Origin: an uncultured Gammaproteobacteria bacterium
GTDB taxonomy: Bacteria; Patescibacteriota; Microgenomatia; UBA1406; GWC2-37-13
Assembly: GCA_964490915.1 (NCBI GenBank)
Contig: CAZBEJ010000002.1
Span: 1-40,830, forward strand
DNA: 40,830 bases
Direction of reading: 5' to 3'
The notes beneath the pieces were generated by a model. The model ran no database searches and had not been told where the DNA came from. It saw nothing but the letters and a program-made list of their open reading frames with translations. This document shows positions 1 to 9,077 of the stretch, in pieces (position 1 is the first letter of the stretch; every line of letters begins with the position of its first letter). Position numbers and translations under genes: made by a program.

Positions 1-48
1 TTCATTTAGGGGTTTCAAATGTTACAATTTAACATTTAGAGATCTACT

Positions 49-987
49 ATGAAAATTTCTATGCCGGAATATATAGGAATACTTTCGCAGCAACATATTG
101 AAGAACTAAAAAAATTAGGCGATGTGCAATTATTCAACGATTACCCGAAAACCGACGAAGAGATCATAAAAAGGATTGGAGACGCGGAAATCGTCCTGTT
201 CAAATGGATTAAAATAACTGCGCACGTTATTGAAAACTGTCCCTCAATACACTATGCGATAGCATTATCCATCGGAACAAATTTCATCGACAAGCAAAAA
301 GCACAAGAAAAGGGTATCGTCGTTATAAACTCCCCGACTCATAATGCACATGCCGTAGCAGAACATGTCATCGGACTTATATTTGCGATATCGCGGAATA
401 TCGTTGTTGCACAAAATTTGATAAGGAGCGGGAAATGGAAAGATACGCCGTATATGTTTAGCGGATCTGAAATTGTCGGCAAAAAATTGGGACTGATAGG
501 CTATGGAAATATCGGCAAAGAAGTAGAGTTGTTGGCGAGCGGGTTGGGGATGAAAGTTTCATACTTGAACTCAAAATCATCAAGGCAAGAACTTGACGAT
601 CTGATATCATCTTCCGACTACATCAGTATAAGCATTCCTTATACCGAAAAAGTCCACCATCTTATTGATGGTCGAAGACTGGCTTACATGAAAAAAAGCG
701 CGTATATCGTCAATACTGCCAGAGGTGAAATTATTGACCAGAAAATATTGTTCCGGTTTCTGAAGGAAAGAAGAATCGCCGGCGCCGCTCTGGATGTATT
801 CGAAAACGAACCGATAAATGCGGCTCCGGGAAAAGAAATTGTCGAGCTGGCGAATCTTTCCAATGTTGTTGCGACTCCCCATATCGGATACAATACACCG
901 GAGGCTGCTTTACGATTAGGTGACGAGATGATAAAAAACGTAAAAGCATGTATTGCAGGGAACCCGGTTAACGTAAAGATTCCGTAA
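49..987 (+). CDS. D-isomer-specific 2-hydroxyacid dehydrogenase (phosphoglycerate dehydrogenase / glyoxylate reductase-like)
   Basis: 312-aa ORF. Has the Rossmann motif GLIGYGNIGKEV and the family signatures NTARG, ALDVFENEP and TPHIG (Arg/Glu/His catalytic set). Confidence 0.85.
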   Translation: MKISMPEYIGILSQQHIEELKKLGDVQLFNDYPKTDEEIIKRIGDAEIVLFKWIKITAHVIENCPSIHYAIALSIGTNFIDKQKAQEKGIVVINSPTHNAHAVAEHVIGLIFAISRNIVVAQNLIRSGKWKDTPYMFSGSEIVGKKLGLIGYGNIGKEVELLASGLGMKVSYLNSKSSRQELDDLISSSDYISISIPYTEKVHHLIDGRRLAYMKKSAYIVNTARGEIIDQKILFRFLKERRIAGAALDVFENEPINAAPGKEIVELANLSNVVATPHIGYNTPEAALRLGDEMIKNVKACIAGNPVNVKIP

Positions 988-1080
988 TTTGTCAGGTTAC
1001 TTAGGGCGTTTTAACAACATGCTAAAACCACAAGCCGGATTTTGAAGATGTTGATGAAAATGAAGGGTAAGTTTTTGCTC

Positions 1081-1108
1081 TTGCAAATTGTTGTAATTGT
1101 TGTATAAA
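1081..1108 (+). promoter_or_regulatory. Putative sigma70-like promoter (TTGCAA, 16-nt spacer, TATAAA) containing a tandem ATTGTTGTA x2
   Basis: TTGCAA at 1081-1086 and TATAAA at 1103-1108, about 20 nt upstream of the 1129 start. The 9-mer ATTGTTGTA is directly repeated at 1087-1095 and 1096-1104. AT-rich context makes this weak. Confidence 0.3.
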
Positions 1109-1128
1109 TAATGGCATAAGATTAATTT

Positions 1129-1767
1129 ATGGATAATCCAACTTCAATATATCCAAATCCACCAGTGAGAGCAAAAAAGAAACCAACTGCGTTAATTGTT
1201 GTCGTAATTATTGTTATAGCCGTAGTCGCATCAGGAATAGTATTGTTTCGCCGGCAGAACAAGAATAGTCAGTCGCAATCAAACGTGTCACTCACACCGA
1301 CGCAGGAACCCAGCGCTACTCCAACTCCGAAAATCGATAAGCAGACGGTAAAGATTGAAGTATTGAATGGAACCGGTACGCCTGGTCAGGCCGCATCTGC
1401 AGTTAAAGCACTCGAAAATGCAGGATATAATGCAGGCAATATCAAAACGGATAACGCGGCTAGTTACGATCAATCCGTCACGACTATTGCGACAAAAGCA
1501 GAATTTGCCGGCATAACCGATGATATAAAAACAGCTCTTGGTTCCACATTCGATACTATCACCGTTGATTCATCACAACTCGGGAACGATAGCGCTTATG
1601 ATGTTGTTATTACAACCGGAGGGAAGATATACGAAACTCCCACACCGGCGGAAACTCCTACGATAACGCCGACGGGCAACCCTACCAATACACCAACTCC
1701 AACAGCCAATCCTACTAATACACCGACGCCGACTTCTACTCCATCCCCATCGTCAACCTCTCCTTAA
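1129..1767 (+). CDS. Membrane-anchored LytR_C-domain protein with a Pro/Thr-rich C-terminal tail
   Basis: 212-aa ORF with an N-terminal TM helix (ALIVVVIIVIAVVASGIVLF). The segment VKIEVLNGTGTPGQAASAVKALENAGYN is typical of the LytR cell-envelope C-terminal domain. The tail is TPTPAETPTITPTGNPTNTPTPTANPTNTPTPTSTPSPSSTSP. Confidence 0.7.
   Translation: MDNPTSIYPNPPVRAKKKPTALIVVVIIVIAVVASGIVLFRRQNKNSQSQSNVSLTPTQEPSATPTPKIDKQTVKIEVLNGTGTPGQAASAVKALENAGYNAGNIKTDNAASYDQSVTTIATKAEFAGITDDIKTALGSTFDTITVDSSQLGNDSAYDVVITTGGKIYETPTPAETPTITPTGNPTNTPTPTANPTNTPTPTSTPSPSSTSP
1678..1737 (+). repeat. Tandem 30-nt in-frame repeat x2 (NPTNTPTPTA / NPTNTPTPTS) inside the Pro/Thr tail
   Basis: aaccctaccaatacaccaactccaacagcc is followed directly by aatcctactaatacaccgacgccgacttct. 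The encoded peptides match at 9 of 10 residues. Confidence 0.7.
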
Positions 1768-1905
1768 GGTTCAATGGCGGCATATTTTAAACGGAGTTCC
1801 ACGCTCAAAGTTTTGAATCAGCGGAGAAATTTTATGCGGATCTTGGATTCGATGTTGTTTTCGATCCTTATTTGATTGTATGATAAGGACATTCGAGCTT
1901 TTTTA

Positions 1906-3855
1906 TTAAGTTTCTTCGTTATGAACCCGTCCCCGGAACTGGCTATTGTACAGGTCGGCATAGAAGCCATTTTGTACCAGCAGACTTTTATGGGTGCCTT
2001 TTTCGATGATCGTACCGTGATTCATCACTAGGATCAGATCTGCGTTGCGAATCGTAGAGAGCCTGTGAGCAATCACAAAATTAGTTCTGCCCTTCATCAA
2101 CTTACTCATGGCAGTTTGAATGAGCATCTCGGTTCTGGTATCAACGCTGCTGGTTGCTTCATCCAGAATAAGGATCTCAGGATCGGCCAAGAAAGCGCGT
2201 GCGATGGTAAGTAACTGTTTCTGACCCTGCGAGATGTTTGTTGCTTCCTCATTCAGAACCATGTTATAGCCTTCCGGAAGTGTTCTGATAAAGTGATCGG
2301 CATAAGCCGCTGTTGACGCTCGCACAATTTCTTCCTCGCTGGCACCTTCGCGGCCATACGCAATGTTATCACGGAGCGATCCATGGAAGAGCCAGGTATT
2401 CTGAAGTACCATGCCGAACATGCGACGCAGGTCACCGCGCTTTAACTTGGTGATATCGACGCCGTCAACCAGGATCCGGCCGCTATTAACTTCGTAAAAA
2501 CGCATAAGCAAATTGACTAAGGTTGTCTTACCCGCGCCGGTTGGACCAACAATTGCGATCATATGTCCAGGATCAGCATAGAAGTTCATGTCGTGCATGA
2601 GTATTTTATCCGGGCTGTACCCGAACTGAACATGGTCGAATTGAACGCTGCCTTTTGGTTCTTTGATCACTGCCGGCTTGGCTATTTCAGGCACCTGTTC
2701 TTCTTCATCCAAGAGCTCGAAGATCCGCTCGGCCGAAGCAATCGCCGATTGAATAACATTGGTTATGTTGGCTAGTTGAGTAATCGGAAAGGTAAACTGC
2801 GAAGAGTATTGGATAAACGCTTGGACATCGCCCAAAGAAATGCTGTTATGCGTTGCCATGATGCCGCCGAGTACGGCGACCAACGCATACCCAAGATTGC
2901 CGACAAAACGCATCAGAGGGAAAAGAACGCCGGAGACATATTGCGCTTTCCAGCCTGCATCGTAGAGTTTGTCATTCAACTCATCAAACTCGATATTCGC
3001 TTTATTCTCATGGCCAAACGCTTTGACGATTTTGTGACCGGAGTACATTTCCTCGACATGACCGTTTAGGTCGCCGAGCGACTTCTGTTGTTTACGGAAA
3101 TAATCCTGTGAACGTTTGGCAATGACCGTGACGATAAAAATACTCATAGGCAATGTCAATAACGTGATAAGACTCAATATCCAGCTGATGGAAAGCATCA
3201 TAATGAGGACACCAACGATCGTTACGGCCGAAGTAATAAGTTGTGTTATGCTCTGCTGTAACGTCGAGCTGACATTATCCATATCGTTGACCGCACGGCT
3301 TAAGATTTCACCGTGCGTCCGGCCGTCAAAATATTTCAAAGGCAGTCGTGATAATTTCTCATCTACTTCTTTGCGCAGTTTATAAACCGTTCTTTGCGCC
3401 ACGCCGGCCATCAGGTATTGCTGGATGAACGTGAAAACTGCGCTGATGATATATAAGAGCGCCAGAATCAAAATAATATGGCCGATATAGCCGAATTCGA
3501 TTCCGGGAACCGGCGACAAATGAAGAGGTAAGTTGGGGTTTTGCAATAATTGTTTTTTGATCGCCAAGTTTTTGGTCTGGATAACGAAACTGGCGACAAG
3601 ATTATTGAATAGCCTGGTGGTCGCAAGCCCTAAGATTTTCGGACCCACGATATTGAAGATCGTTCCCAGAATAGCGGCGATTAAAACAATGATGAAATTG
3701 ATTTTTTCCGGCAAAAAGTACGAGAATAATCGTCTGACTGTTCCTTGGAAATCTTTCGCTTTTTCAACAGGATGACCCATGGCGCCAAAACCCCGACCCA
3801 TCGGACCGGGTGCACTGCGCATCGCGTCTTTATTTTTTGGATTTTCTGGACTCAT
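1906..3855 (-). CDS. ABC exporter half-transporter (fused TMD-NBD), consensus ATPase-site subunit
   Basis: 649-aa ORF with a multi-helix TMD followed by an NBD. Motifs: Walker A GPTGAGKTT, signature ISQGQKQLL, Walker B ILILDEATS (catalytic Glu present), H-loop IAHRLST. Its start overlaps the upstream partner's stop by 4 nt. Confidence 0.9.
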   Translation of the reverse strand: MSPENPKNKDAMRSAPGPMGRGFGAMGHPVEKAKDFQGTVRRLFSYFLPEKINFIIVLIAAILGTIFNIVGPKILGLATTRLFNNLVASFVIQTKNLAIKKQLLQNPNLPLHLSPVPGIEFGYIGHIILILALLYIISAVFTFIQQYLMAGVAQRTVYKLRKEVDEKLSRLPLKYFDGRTHGEILSRAVNDMDNVSSTLQQSITQLITSAVTIVGVLIMMLSISWILSLITLLTLPMSIFIVTVIAKRSQDYFRKQQKSLGDLNGHVEEMYSGHKIVKAFGHENKANIEFDELNDKLYDAGWKAQYVSGVLFPLMRFVGNLGYALVAVLGGIMATHNSISLGDVQAFIQYSSQFTFPITQLANITNVIQSAIASAERIFELLDEEEQVPEIAKPAVIKEPKGSVQFDHVQFGYSPDKILMHDMNFYADPGHMIAIVGPTGAGKTTLVNLLMRFYEVNSGRILVDGVDITKLKRGDLRRMFGMVLQNTWLFHGSLRDNIAYGREGASEEEIVRASTAAYADHFIRTLPEGYNMVLNEEATNISQGQKQLLTIARAFLADPEILILDEATSSVDTRTEMLIQTAMSKLMKGRTNFVIAHRLSTIRNADLILVMNHGTIIEKGTHKSLLVQNGFYADLYNSQFRGRVHNEET

Positions 3856-5591
3856 AGGTTTTCTTCGTTAATTTCCGTCTGCGACAACTGCGAATGAACA
3901 ATGTCGCTATATACTTTACAGGTCTTCATGAGCTCATGGTGTTTGCCGATGCCGACCATTTTTCCGTTATCGAGGACAATGATCTGGTCCGCGTCCATGA
4001 CCGTACTGACGCGTTGGGCAACAATGATGACGGTTGCTTGTTTGGTTTCACCTTTCAATGCCTGGCGCAACTTGGCATCGGTTTTGAAATCCAACGCGGA
4101 AAACGTATCATCGAAGATGTAAATTTCCGGTTTGCGTACGAGTGCACGCGCAATGGACAACCTTTGCATCTGTCCGCCCGAAACATTAGTGCCACCCTGA
4201 GCAATTGCTGAATCAAATTTGTCAGGCATCTTGGAAATGAATTCGCTTGCTTGTGCAATATCTGCCGCGTGTTTGATTTCCTTCTCCGTCGCATCTTCTT
4301 TTCCGTAGAGAAGATTGTTTTTGATAGTTCCGGCAAATAAGACGGCTTTCTGCGGGACGAATCCTATCTTGGAGCGCAGATAGTGTTGGGATGTTTCGCG
4401 TGTTTCAACGCCGTTAACCAGGATTTTACCGCTGTCCACGTCATAAAAGCGCGGTATCATGTTGACCAGGGTTGATTTGCCTGCGCCGGTACCGCCGATT
4501 ATCGCCGTCACTTTTCCCGGTACGGTAACAAAGGAAATATGGGAAAGCGCTGGTTTTTCCGCTCCGTGATAACTGAACGTTACGTCCTGGAATTCAACAT
4601 GGCCATGAAGTTTTTCGGTGTCTTTGGGTTTTACCGGATCGTGAATTTCCGGTTGTATTGCCAATACTTCGCTGATTCTTTTTGCAGAGGCTTCAGCCCG
4701 CGGGATCATAATAAACATCAAAGCGACCAATAAGAGGGAGAAAAGGATCTGCATCGCATATTGCAAGAAGGCAAACATGGCGCCGATATTCAGAGTGCTG
4801 CCGGCAACGCGCAAACTGCCGAACCAGATAATGGCGATGCTGGAAAAATTGATCGCCAAAAACATCGCGGGCATCATGATGGAGATCATCTGGTTGACGC
4901 GTATGGCGATATCGGTTACGTCAAGGTTGGCGACGTCGAATCGTTTTTCCTCGTGTTTGATGCGGTCGAACGCGCGTACTATCCTAACGCCGGTTAGATT
5001 TTCGTCGATAATAAGATTCAGTTTATCCAGTTTTTCCTGCATCACGGAGAAAAGCGGAATTGCTTTGATCAGCAGAAAAACAATCACGGCAACAAGAAAT
5101 GGCATAATGACCACAAGTATCCAAGACAGACCGACATCCTGGTTTAAGGCAAGGATGATACCAACTATCAGAGTGATCGGTGCGGTAATCAACATGTTGA
5201 AAATCATTACCATTACTTGTTGGATTTGGGTAGTGTCGTTGGTTGTCCGGGTGATAAGGGAAGCGGTACTCACCTTGTCGAATTCGTGGAGAGAAAAGAG
5301 CTGTACGTGTTTAAAAACAGCTGCTCTCAGCTGTTTGACCATGCCGGTTGCCACTTGAGAGGAGAAATAGATGCCGACGATGGCGCACAAGCCGCCGCCG
5401 ATGGCGACGAAGATCATGATGATGCCGGTCCGCCATATATAAGCGGTATCGAATTCGGCAATACCGTGATTGACGATATCCGACATTAAATTCGGTAAAT
5501 AGAGATTAGCCAGGGATTGGCCGACCGCAAGTACCAGAATAAGAACGATCAATAATTGATAGCGTTTCAAAAACCGCATCAGTTTAATCAT
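3852..5591 (-). CDS. ABC exporter half-transporter (fused TMD-NBD), degenerate ATPase-site subunit
   Basis: 579-aa ORF. Motifs: Walker A GGTGAGKST and signature VSGGQMQRLSIARAL. Walker B is IYIFDDTFS (Asp replaces the catalytic Glu) and the H-loop is VAQRVST (Gln replaces His). This is the pattern of heterodimeric exporters with one non-catalytic site. Confidence 0.9.
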   Translation of the reverse strand: MIKLMRFLKRYQLLIVLILVLAVGQSLANLYLPNLMSDIVNHGIAEFDTAYIWRTGIIMIFVAIGGGLCAIVGIYFSSQVATGMVKQLRAAVFKHVQLFSLHEFDKVSTASLITRTTNDTTQIQQVMVMIFNMLITAPITLIVGIILALNQDVGLSWILVVIMPFLVAVIVFLLIKAIPLFSVMQEKLDKLNLIIDENLTGVRIVRAFDRIKHEEKRFDVANLDVTDIAIRVNQMISIMMPAMFLAINFSSIAIIWFGSLRVAGSTLNIGAMFAFLQYAMQILFSLLLVALMFIMIPRAEASAKRISEVLAIQPEIHDPVKPKDTEKLHGHVEFQDVTFSYHGAEKPALSHISFVTVPGKVTAIIGGTGAGKSTLVNMIPRFYDVDSGKILVNGVETRETSQHYLRSKIGFVPQKAVLFAGTIKNNLLYGKEDATEKEIKHAADIAQASEFISKMPDKFDSAIAQGGTNVSGGQMQRLSIARALVRKPEIYIFDDTFSALDFKTDAKLRQALKGETKQATVIIVAQRVSTVMDADQIIVLDNGKMVGIGKHHELMKTCKVYSDIVHSQLSQTEINEENL

Positions 5592-5594
5592 AGA

Positions 5595-5623
5595 TTGACA
5601 TTAATATAAAAATATATTATACT
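5595..5623 (+). promoter_or_regulatory. Putative promoter of the marR operon (TTGACA, 17-nt spacer, TATACT) in the divergent intergenic region
   Basis: TTGACA at 5595-5600 and TATACT at 5618-5623. ATTATA-cta-TATAAT dyad symmetry immediately overlaps the -10 region. AT-rich context. Confidence 0.4.
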
Positions 5624-5651
5624 ATATAATTATTTGATTATCTAAGTATTT

Positions 5652-6077
5652 ATGAAAAATGATATTACGATCGAATTGATGGAAGTGATGTTTGGTGTTT
5701 TTCGCCTCATGAAAGGAAAGATGTCTTCGCGTAATTTAACTCATTTAAGTATATTGCAAATTCAAGCACTTTTTTTCCTAAAACAAAACGCGAATACAAC
5801 GATGGGTGATATTGCCGAGTACTTTCATATCGAATTACCATCGGCTACAAGCCTGCTCAACAAGCTATATGATCAGAAGTTGGTCAAGCGGCATGAAGAT
5901 CAGGAAGACAGGCGATTAGTCAGAATTACCTTAACTGATAAAGGAAAAGAACTGTTGGAACAAGCAATGCAAGAACGCAGAAAAACAATGGAAAAGATGT
6001 TATCCTATTTATCTGAGAAGGAAAAATCAGAGCTTTTGGATATTTTGAAAATATTACGCCAACGCATGGAAAAATAA
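5652..6077 (+). CDS. MarR-family transcriptional regulator
   Basis: 141-aa ORF. Winged-helix region is LSILQIQALFFLKQNANTTMGDIAEYFHIELPSATSLLNKLYDQKLVKRHEDQEDRRLVRITLTDKGKEL, including the DRR wing motif. Confidence 0.85.
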   Translation: MKNDITIELMEVMFGVFRLMKGKMSSRNLTHLSILQIQALFFLKQNANTTMGDIAEYFHIELPSATSLLNKLYDQKLVKRHEDQEDRRLVRITLTDKGKELLEQAMQERRKTMEKMLSYLSEKEKSELLDILKILRQRMEK

Positions 6078-6078
6078 C

Positions 6079-7179
6079 ATGAAAAAAATATTAATTGCCA
6101 TCGGTATTGTTGCGGGCTTGGCGATAGCGGCAATCGTGATGGTCAATCAATATTCCCGACTGTCCGCGTCCTCTTTAAATACCCGGCCTACTACCGAAAC
6201 AGCTGTCCGTTTTGTCAGTTCGATTATTACCGCTGACGGTACGGTTACAGCGCAAGATCAGGCGGCACTGCATTTTCAGACAAGCGGCAAGTTAACCTAT
6301 TTATCGGTAAGAGAAGGCGATCGCGTGTATCAGGGCCAGACAGTTGCGCAACTAGATACGTATGAATTGAAACGCGAACTCACTTCGGCATTAAATACGT
6401 ATCGTTCCACTCGTAATACGTTTGATCAGGTAAAGGATAGCTCCCAAAATAATTATCTGCAAGCACAGCAGTATTATCCATACAATACCTATGGAGCGGC
6501 GGGAATAGGCGGAATCTCAGAGACAAATGCCATCAATGATATCGTCAAAAGAATCATTGATCAGAACCAAGCGAATTTGGATAACTCGGTCATTAACGTC
6601 GAATTAGCCAATTATGCTTTGCAATTAGCTACCCTGACTTCGCCATTAAACGGAATAGTCACCCACGAGGATGTTAATCTAGCTGGCCAAAACATTACAT
6701 CAACGACAACGTTTACTATCGCCGATCCGGCAACCATGATTTTTCGCGCCAATGTCCCGACGGAAAGCATTTATTACATTGCTGAAGGTAGCCCGGTCAC
6801 ACTGGCGATCGATGGTTTACCCAATAAGATCATGGGTACAGTCATTAAAATCTATCCGGCAAAAGTGGTTCTGTCCAACGGTCAAGCAGTATACGAAGTC
6901 GATATCCAAAGCGATGAATTGAAAAAACAGGCAAAATTAGACGAAGCGGGAACGGCGATGATCAACACCAATGCAGAAAATGTCGCCTTAGTGCCGGCAT
7001 GGACAGTTCTAGGTGGCAAATATATTTGGGTTGACAATAAGGGAAGACCGGTGTTAAAGACCGTAATAACTGGAAAGGTTCATGGCAAAGAAATTGAAAT
7101 CACGACTGGTTTGTCATCCGGCGACAAAATTATTACTGATCCCGAATATATATCGTCATTAAAGTACCGAATATTATGA
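6079..7179 (+). CDS. Membrane-fusion protein / periplasmic-adaptor family (HlyD/RND-MFP-like)
   Basis: 366-aa ORF with an N-terminal TM anchor. Lipoyl-like half-motifs are SGKLTYLSVREGDRVYQGQTVAQLD and LTSPLNGIVTHEDV. A coiled-coil region lies between them and beta-barrel/MP-proximal-type sequence follows. Confidence 0.75.
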   Translation: MKKILIAIGIVAGLAIAAIVMVNQYSRLSASSLNTRPTTETAVRFVSSIITADGTVTAQDQAALHFQTSGKLTYLSVREGDRVYQGQTVAQLDTYELKRELTSALNTYRSTRNTFDQVKDSSQNNYLQAQQYYPYNTYGAAGIGGISETNAINDIVKRIIDQNQANLDNSVINVELANYALQLATLTSPLNGIVTHEDVNLAGQNITSTTTFTIADPATMIFRANVPTESIYYIAEGSPVTLAIDGLPNKIMGTVIKIYPAKVVLSNGQAVYEVDIQSDELKKQAKLDEAGTAMINTNAENVALVPAWTVLGGKYIWVDNKGRPVLKTVITGKVHGKEIEITTGLSSGDKIITDPEYISSLKYRIL

Positions 7180-7808
7180 AAAAACGTTTTTCTATCAATC
7201 GCAATGTTCTGAAAATTACCGGCATTATTTTATTGCTGATTCTTTTTATTGGCGCGTACTTTTTTTTCCTGATGATGACCGGAAGAGTGTTTATCGATAA
7301 TTCACTGATTCAGGCACCTATAATTACTGTTTCGCCATCTACCGCGGGTAAAGTCCAGGAAATGGATGTTAAAGAAGGACAAACAGTTCAAACAGGCGAT
7401 ACATTAGCCGTCGTTGGTTCTGAGACACTTCGTGCAGACACAGATGGCCTTATCATCTCTGCAAGCGATTTAACCGGTTCAACAGTCAGTCCGCAAACAC
7501 CGCTTATCCAAATGATAAGGCCGGTCAATATGCGGGTAACCGGGACGATCGATGAGAACAAAGGATTGGATCAGATTCGGGTGGGGCAAGTCGTCTCATT
7601 CACCGTTGATGCTTTGCCCGGCAAAACGTTTTGGGGATATATTGATGAAATTTCCCCGAGCGCCAATACACAGGTTTTCTCTTTTTCAACATCCACGGAG
7701 CGACCAACGCAGCAGTTTACTATCTATGCAAAATTTGATTCAACCTTATATCCTGTTATAAAAAATGGAATGTCTGCCAAAATGGTAGTGTATACAAAGA
7801 CACGATAA
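7176..7808 (+). CDS. Short HlyD-family (biotin-lipoyl-like barrel-sandwich) membrane-anchored protein
   Basis: 210-aa ORF with a 4-nt overlap to the upstream gene and an N-terminal TM helix. Has GKVQEMDVKEGQTVQTGDTLAVV ... DGLIISASDLTGSTV, but no long coiled-coil hairpin. Confidence 0.6.
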   Translation: MKKRFSINRNVLKITGIILLLILFIGAYFFFLMMTGRVFIDNSLIQAPIITVSPSTAGKVQEMDVKEGQTVQTGDTLAVVGSETLRADTDGLIISASDLTGSTVSPQTPLIQMIRPVNMRVTGTIDENKGLDQIRVGQVVSFTVDALPGKTFWGYIDEISPSANTQVFSFSTSTERPTQQFTIYAKFDSTLYPVIKNGMSAKMVVYTKTR

Positions 7809-7820
7809 ATACGTTCCATT

Positions 7821-7838
7821 TGTCCAGGGAGAGGAATC
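7821..7838. repeat. Degenerate third copy of the tRNA-Tyr 3'-end repeat (tgtccagggagaggaatc)
   Basis: Compare with tgtccagaggggaggatt at 9036-9053 and 9428-9445. It shares tgtccag, a G-rich run and gagga. It lies just upstream of the AKR promoter region. Confidence 0.3.
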
Positions 7839-7965
7839 ACTTCGATTCGCTTCGCTCACTCAGCGAAAACATACAGGTCCACATTTTAAGTCCAGAGCAA
7901 TTGAGGGCATGAGAACCATTTACGCACAAAATTAGTATAGTAAATTTAATTTTATTAAATGCTAC

Positions 7966-7995
7966 TTGATTTAAAGTACTTTACATTGGTAAGCT
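7966..7995 (+). promoter_or_regulatory. Putative promoter with a perfect 12-bp palindrome in the spacer (MerR-type operator architecture)
   Basis: TTGATT at 7966-7971 and TAAGCT at 7990-7995, with an 18-nt spacer. The spacer begins with the perfect palindrome TAAAGTACTTTA (7972-7983). Confidence 0.4.
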
Positions 7996-8001
7996 GGTGG
8001 T

Positions 8002-8877
8002 ATGAAAAACCAAAACAGTTCAATAACAACTTCGGTAACGTTACATAATGGTATCAAAATGCCAACAATAGGATTTGGTGTCTTTCAAATCCCCAACGAA
8101 CAGACAGCGCTAGCAGTTTCTGATGCAATTAAAATTGGCTACCGCTTAATCGATACCGCTGCTTCATATAGAAACGAAAAAGGAGTTGGTCTTGCTATTA
8201 AAAATAGTGACATTCCAAGAGAAGAATTATTTATTACCAGTAAACTCTGGGTAGTGGATGTTAATTATGAAGGAGCAAAAAAAGCATTCCAAAGATCACT
8301 AGACAATTTACAACTCGATTATCTTGATCTCTACCTTATTCATCAGCCATATAATGATGTATTTGGTGCATGGAGAGCAATGGAGGAGCTTTACGAAAAA
8401 GGGAAAATAAAATCAATTGGAGTTGCTAACTTTACCAGTGCCAAATTGGTTGATTTCATTCTCAACAATAAAATTGCTCCGATTGTGAACCAGATTGAAA
8501 CGCACCCGTTTAACCAGCAAGAAGAAGCCCATAAAATTATGCAGGAATATAAAGTTCAACATCAAGGATGGGCGCCATTTGCAGAAGGGAGACATGACTT
8601 ATTTGCCAATACAACCCTTGCCGAAATAGCTAAGCAGTATGGAAAAACTACCGGTCAAGTTATCTTACGATGGAATCTGCAAAGAGGGGTGGCTATTATT
8701 CCAAAATCAACTCATAGGGAGCGTATGCAAGAAAACATTGATATTTTTGACTTTGAACTAAATGAGGTAGATATGGAAAAAATAAAAACACTGGATGAGA
8801 GTAAAGGATTGTTTGTCAATCACGAGGATCCTGAATTCGTTAAATATTTATATGCTCGCGATAAGAAAAATGAATGA
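8002..8877 (+). CDS. Aldo/keto reductase (2,5-diketo-D-gluconate reductase-like)
   Basis: 291-aa ORF. Has MPTIGFGVFQ, IDTAASYRNE, LFITSKLW (catalytic Lys), LDYLDLYLIHQP (catalytic His) and IPKSTHRERMQENIDIF, which together are the typical AKR signature set. Confidence 0.9.
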   Translation: MKNQNSSITTSVTLHNGIKMPTIGFGVFQIPNEQTALAVSDAIKIGYRLIDTAASYRNEKGVGLAIKNSDIPREELFITSKLWVVDVNYEGAKKAFQRSLDNLQLDYLDLYLIHQPYNDVFGAWRAMEELYEKGKIKSIGVANFTSAKLVDFILNNKIAPIVNQIETHPFNQQEEAHKIMQEYKVQHQGWAPFAEGRHDLFANTTLAEIAKQYGKTTGQVILRWNLQRGVAIIPKSTHRERMQENIDIFDFELNEVDMEKIKTLDESKGLFVNHEDPEFVKYLYARDKKNE

Positions 8878-9026
8878 CGCTATTTACTACTGAGTGGATT
8901 TCCCGAAAGTACTCTACGTTACTACGAGACAATCGGCCTTATTCATCCGATCAAACGAGTTCCAAGTAGCAAGCAGCGGATTTACAGTGAAGATGATGTT
9001 AATGAGGTTATTGTTTTTATGCTCTA
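8870..9026 (+). pseudogene. MerR-family regulator remnant (frameshifted near codon 7 and truncated after the HTH)
   Basis: The ATG at 8870 overlaps the AKR stop (ATGAATGA) and reads MNDAIYY then stop. Shifting one frame gives LLSGFPESTLRYYETIGLIHPIKRVPSSKQRIYSEDDVNEVIVFML then stop at 9024-9026. That is the MerR HTH core (TLRYYE.IGL ... YSEDD) without the dimerisation and effector part. Confidence 0.6.
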
Positions 9027-9035
9027 AACTCAGCA

Positions 9036-9053
9036 TGTCCAGAGGGGAGGATT
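9036..9053. repeat. 18-bp direct repeat copy A (tgtccagaggggaggatt), a displaced copy of the tRNA-Tyr 3' end
   Basis: Identical 18-mer to 9428-9445, which covers the last 16 nt of tRNA-Tyr plus 2 nt beyond its 3' end. Confidence 0.85.
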
Positions 9054-9077
9054 TGGTTCGGCGAGCTCACCACAAGC

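Noticed and set aside
1791-1883. Possible remnant of a VOC/glyoxalase-type gene (TEFHAQSFESAEKFYADLGFDVVFDPYLIV)
   Set aside because: It is only about 30 codons with no start codon, and the resemblance (FY..LGF) is too short to distinguish from chance.
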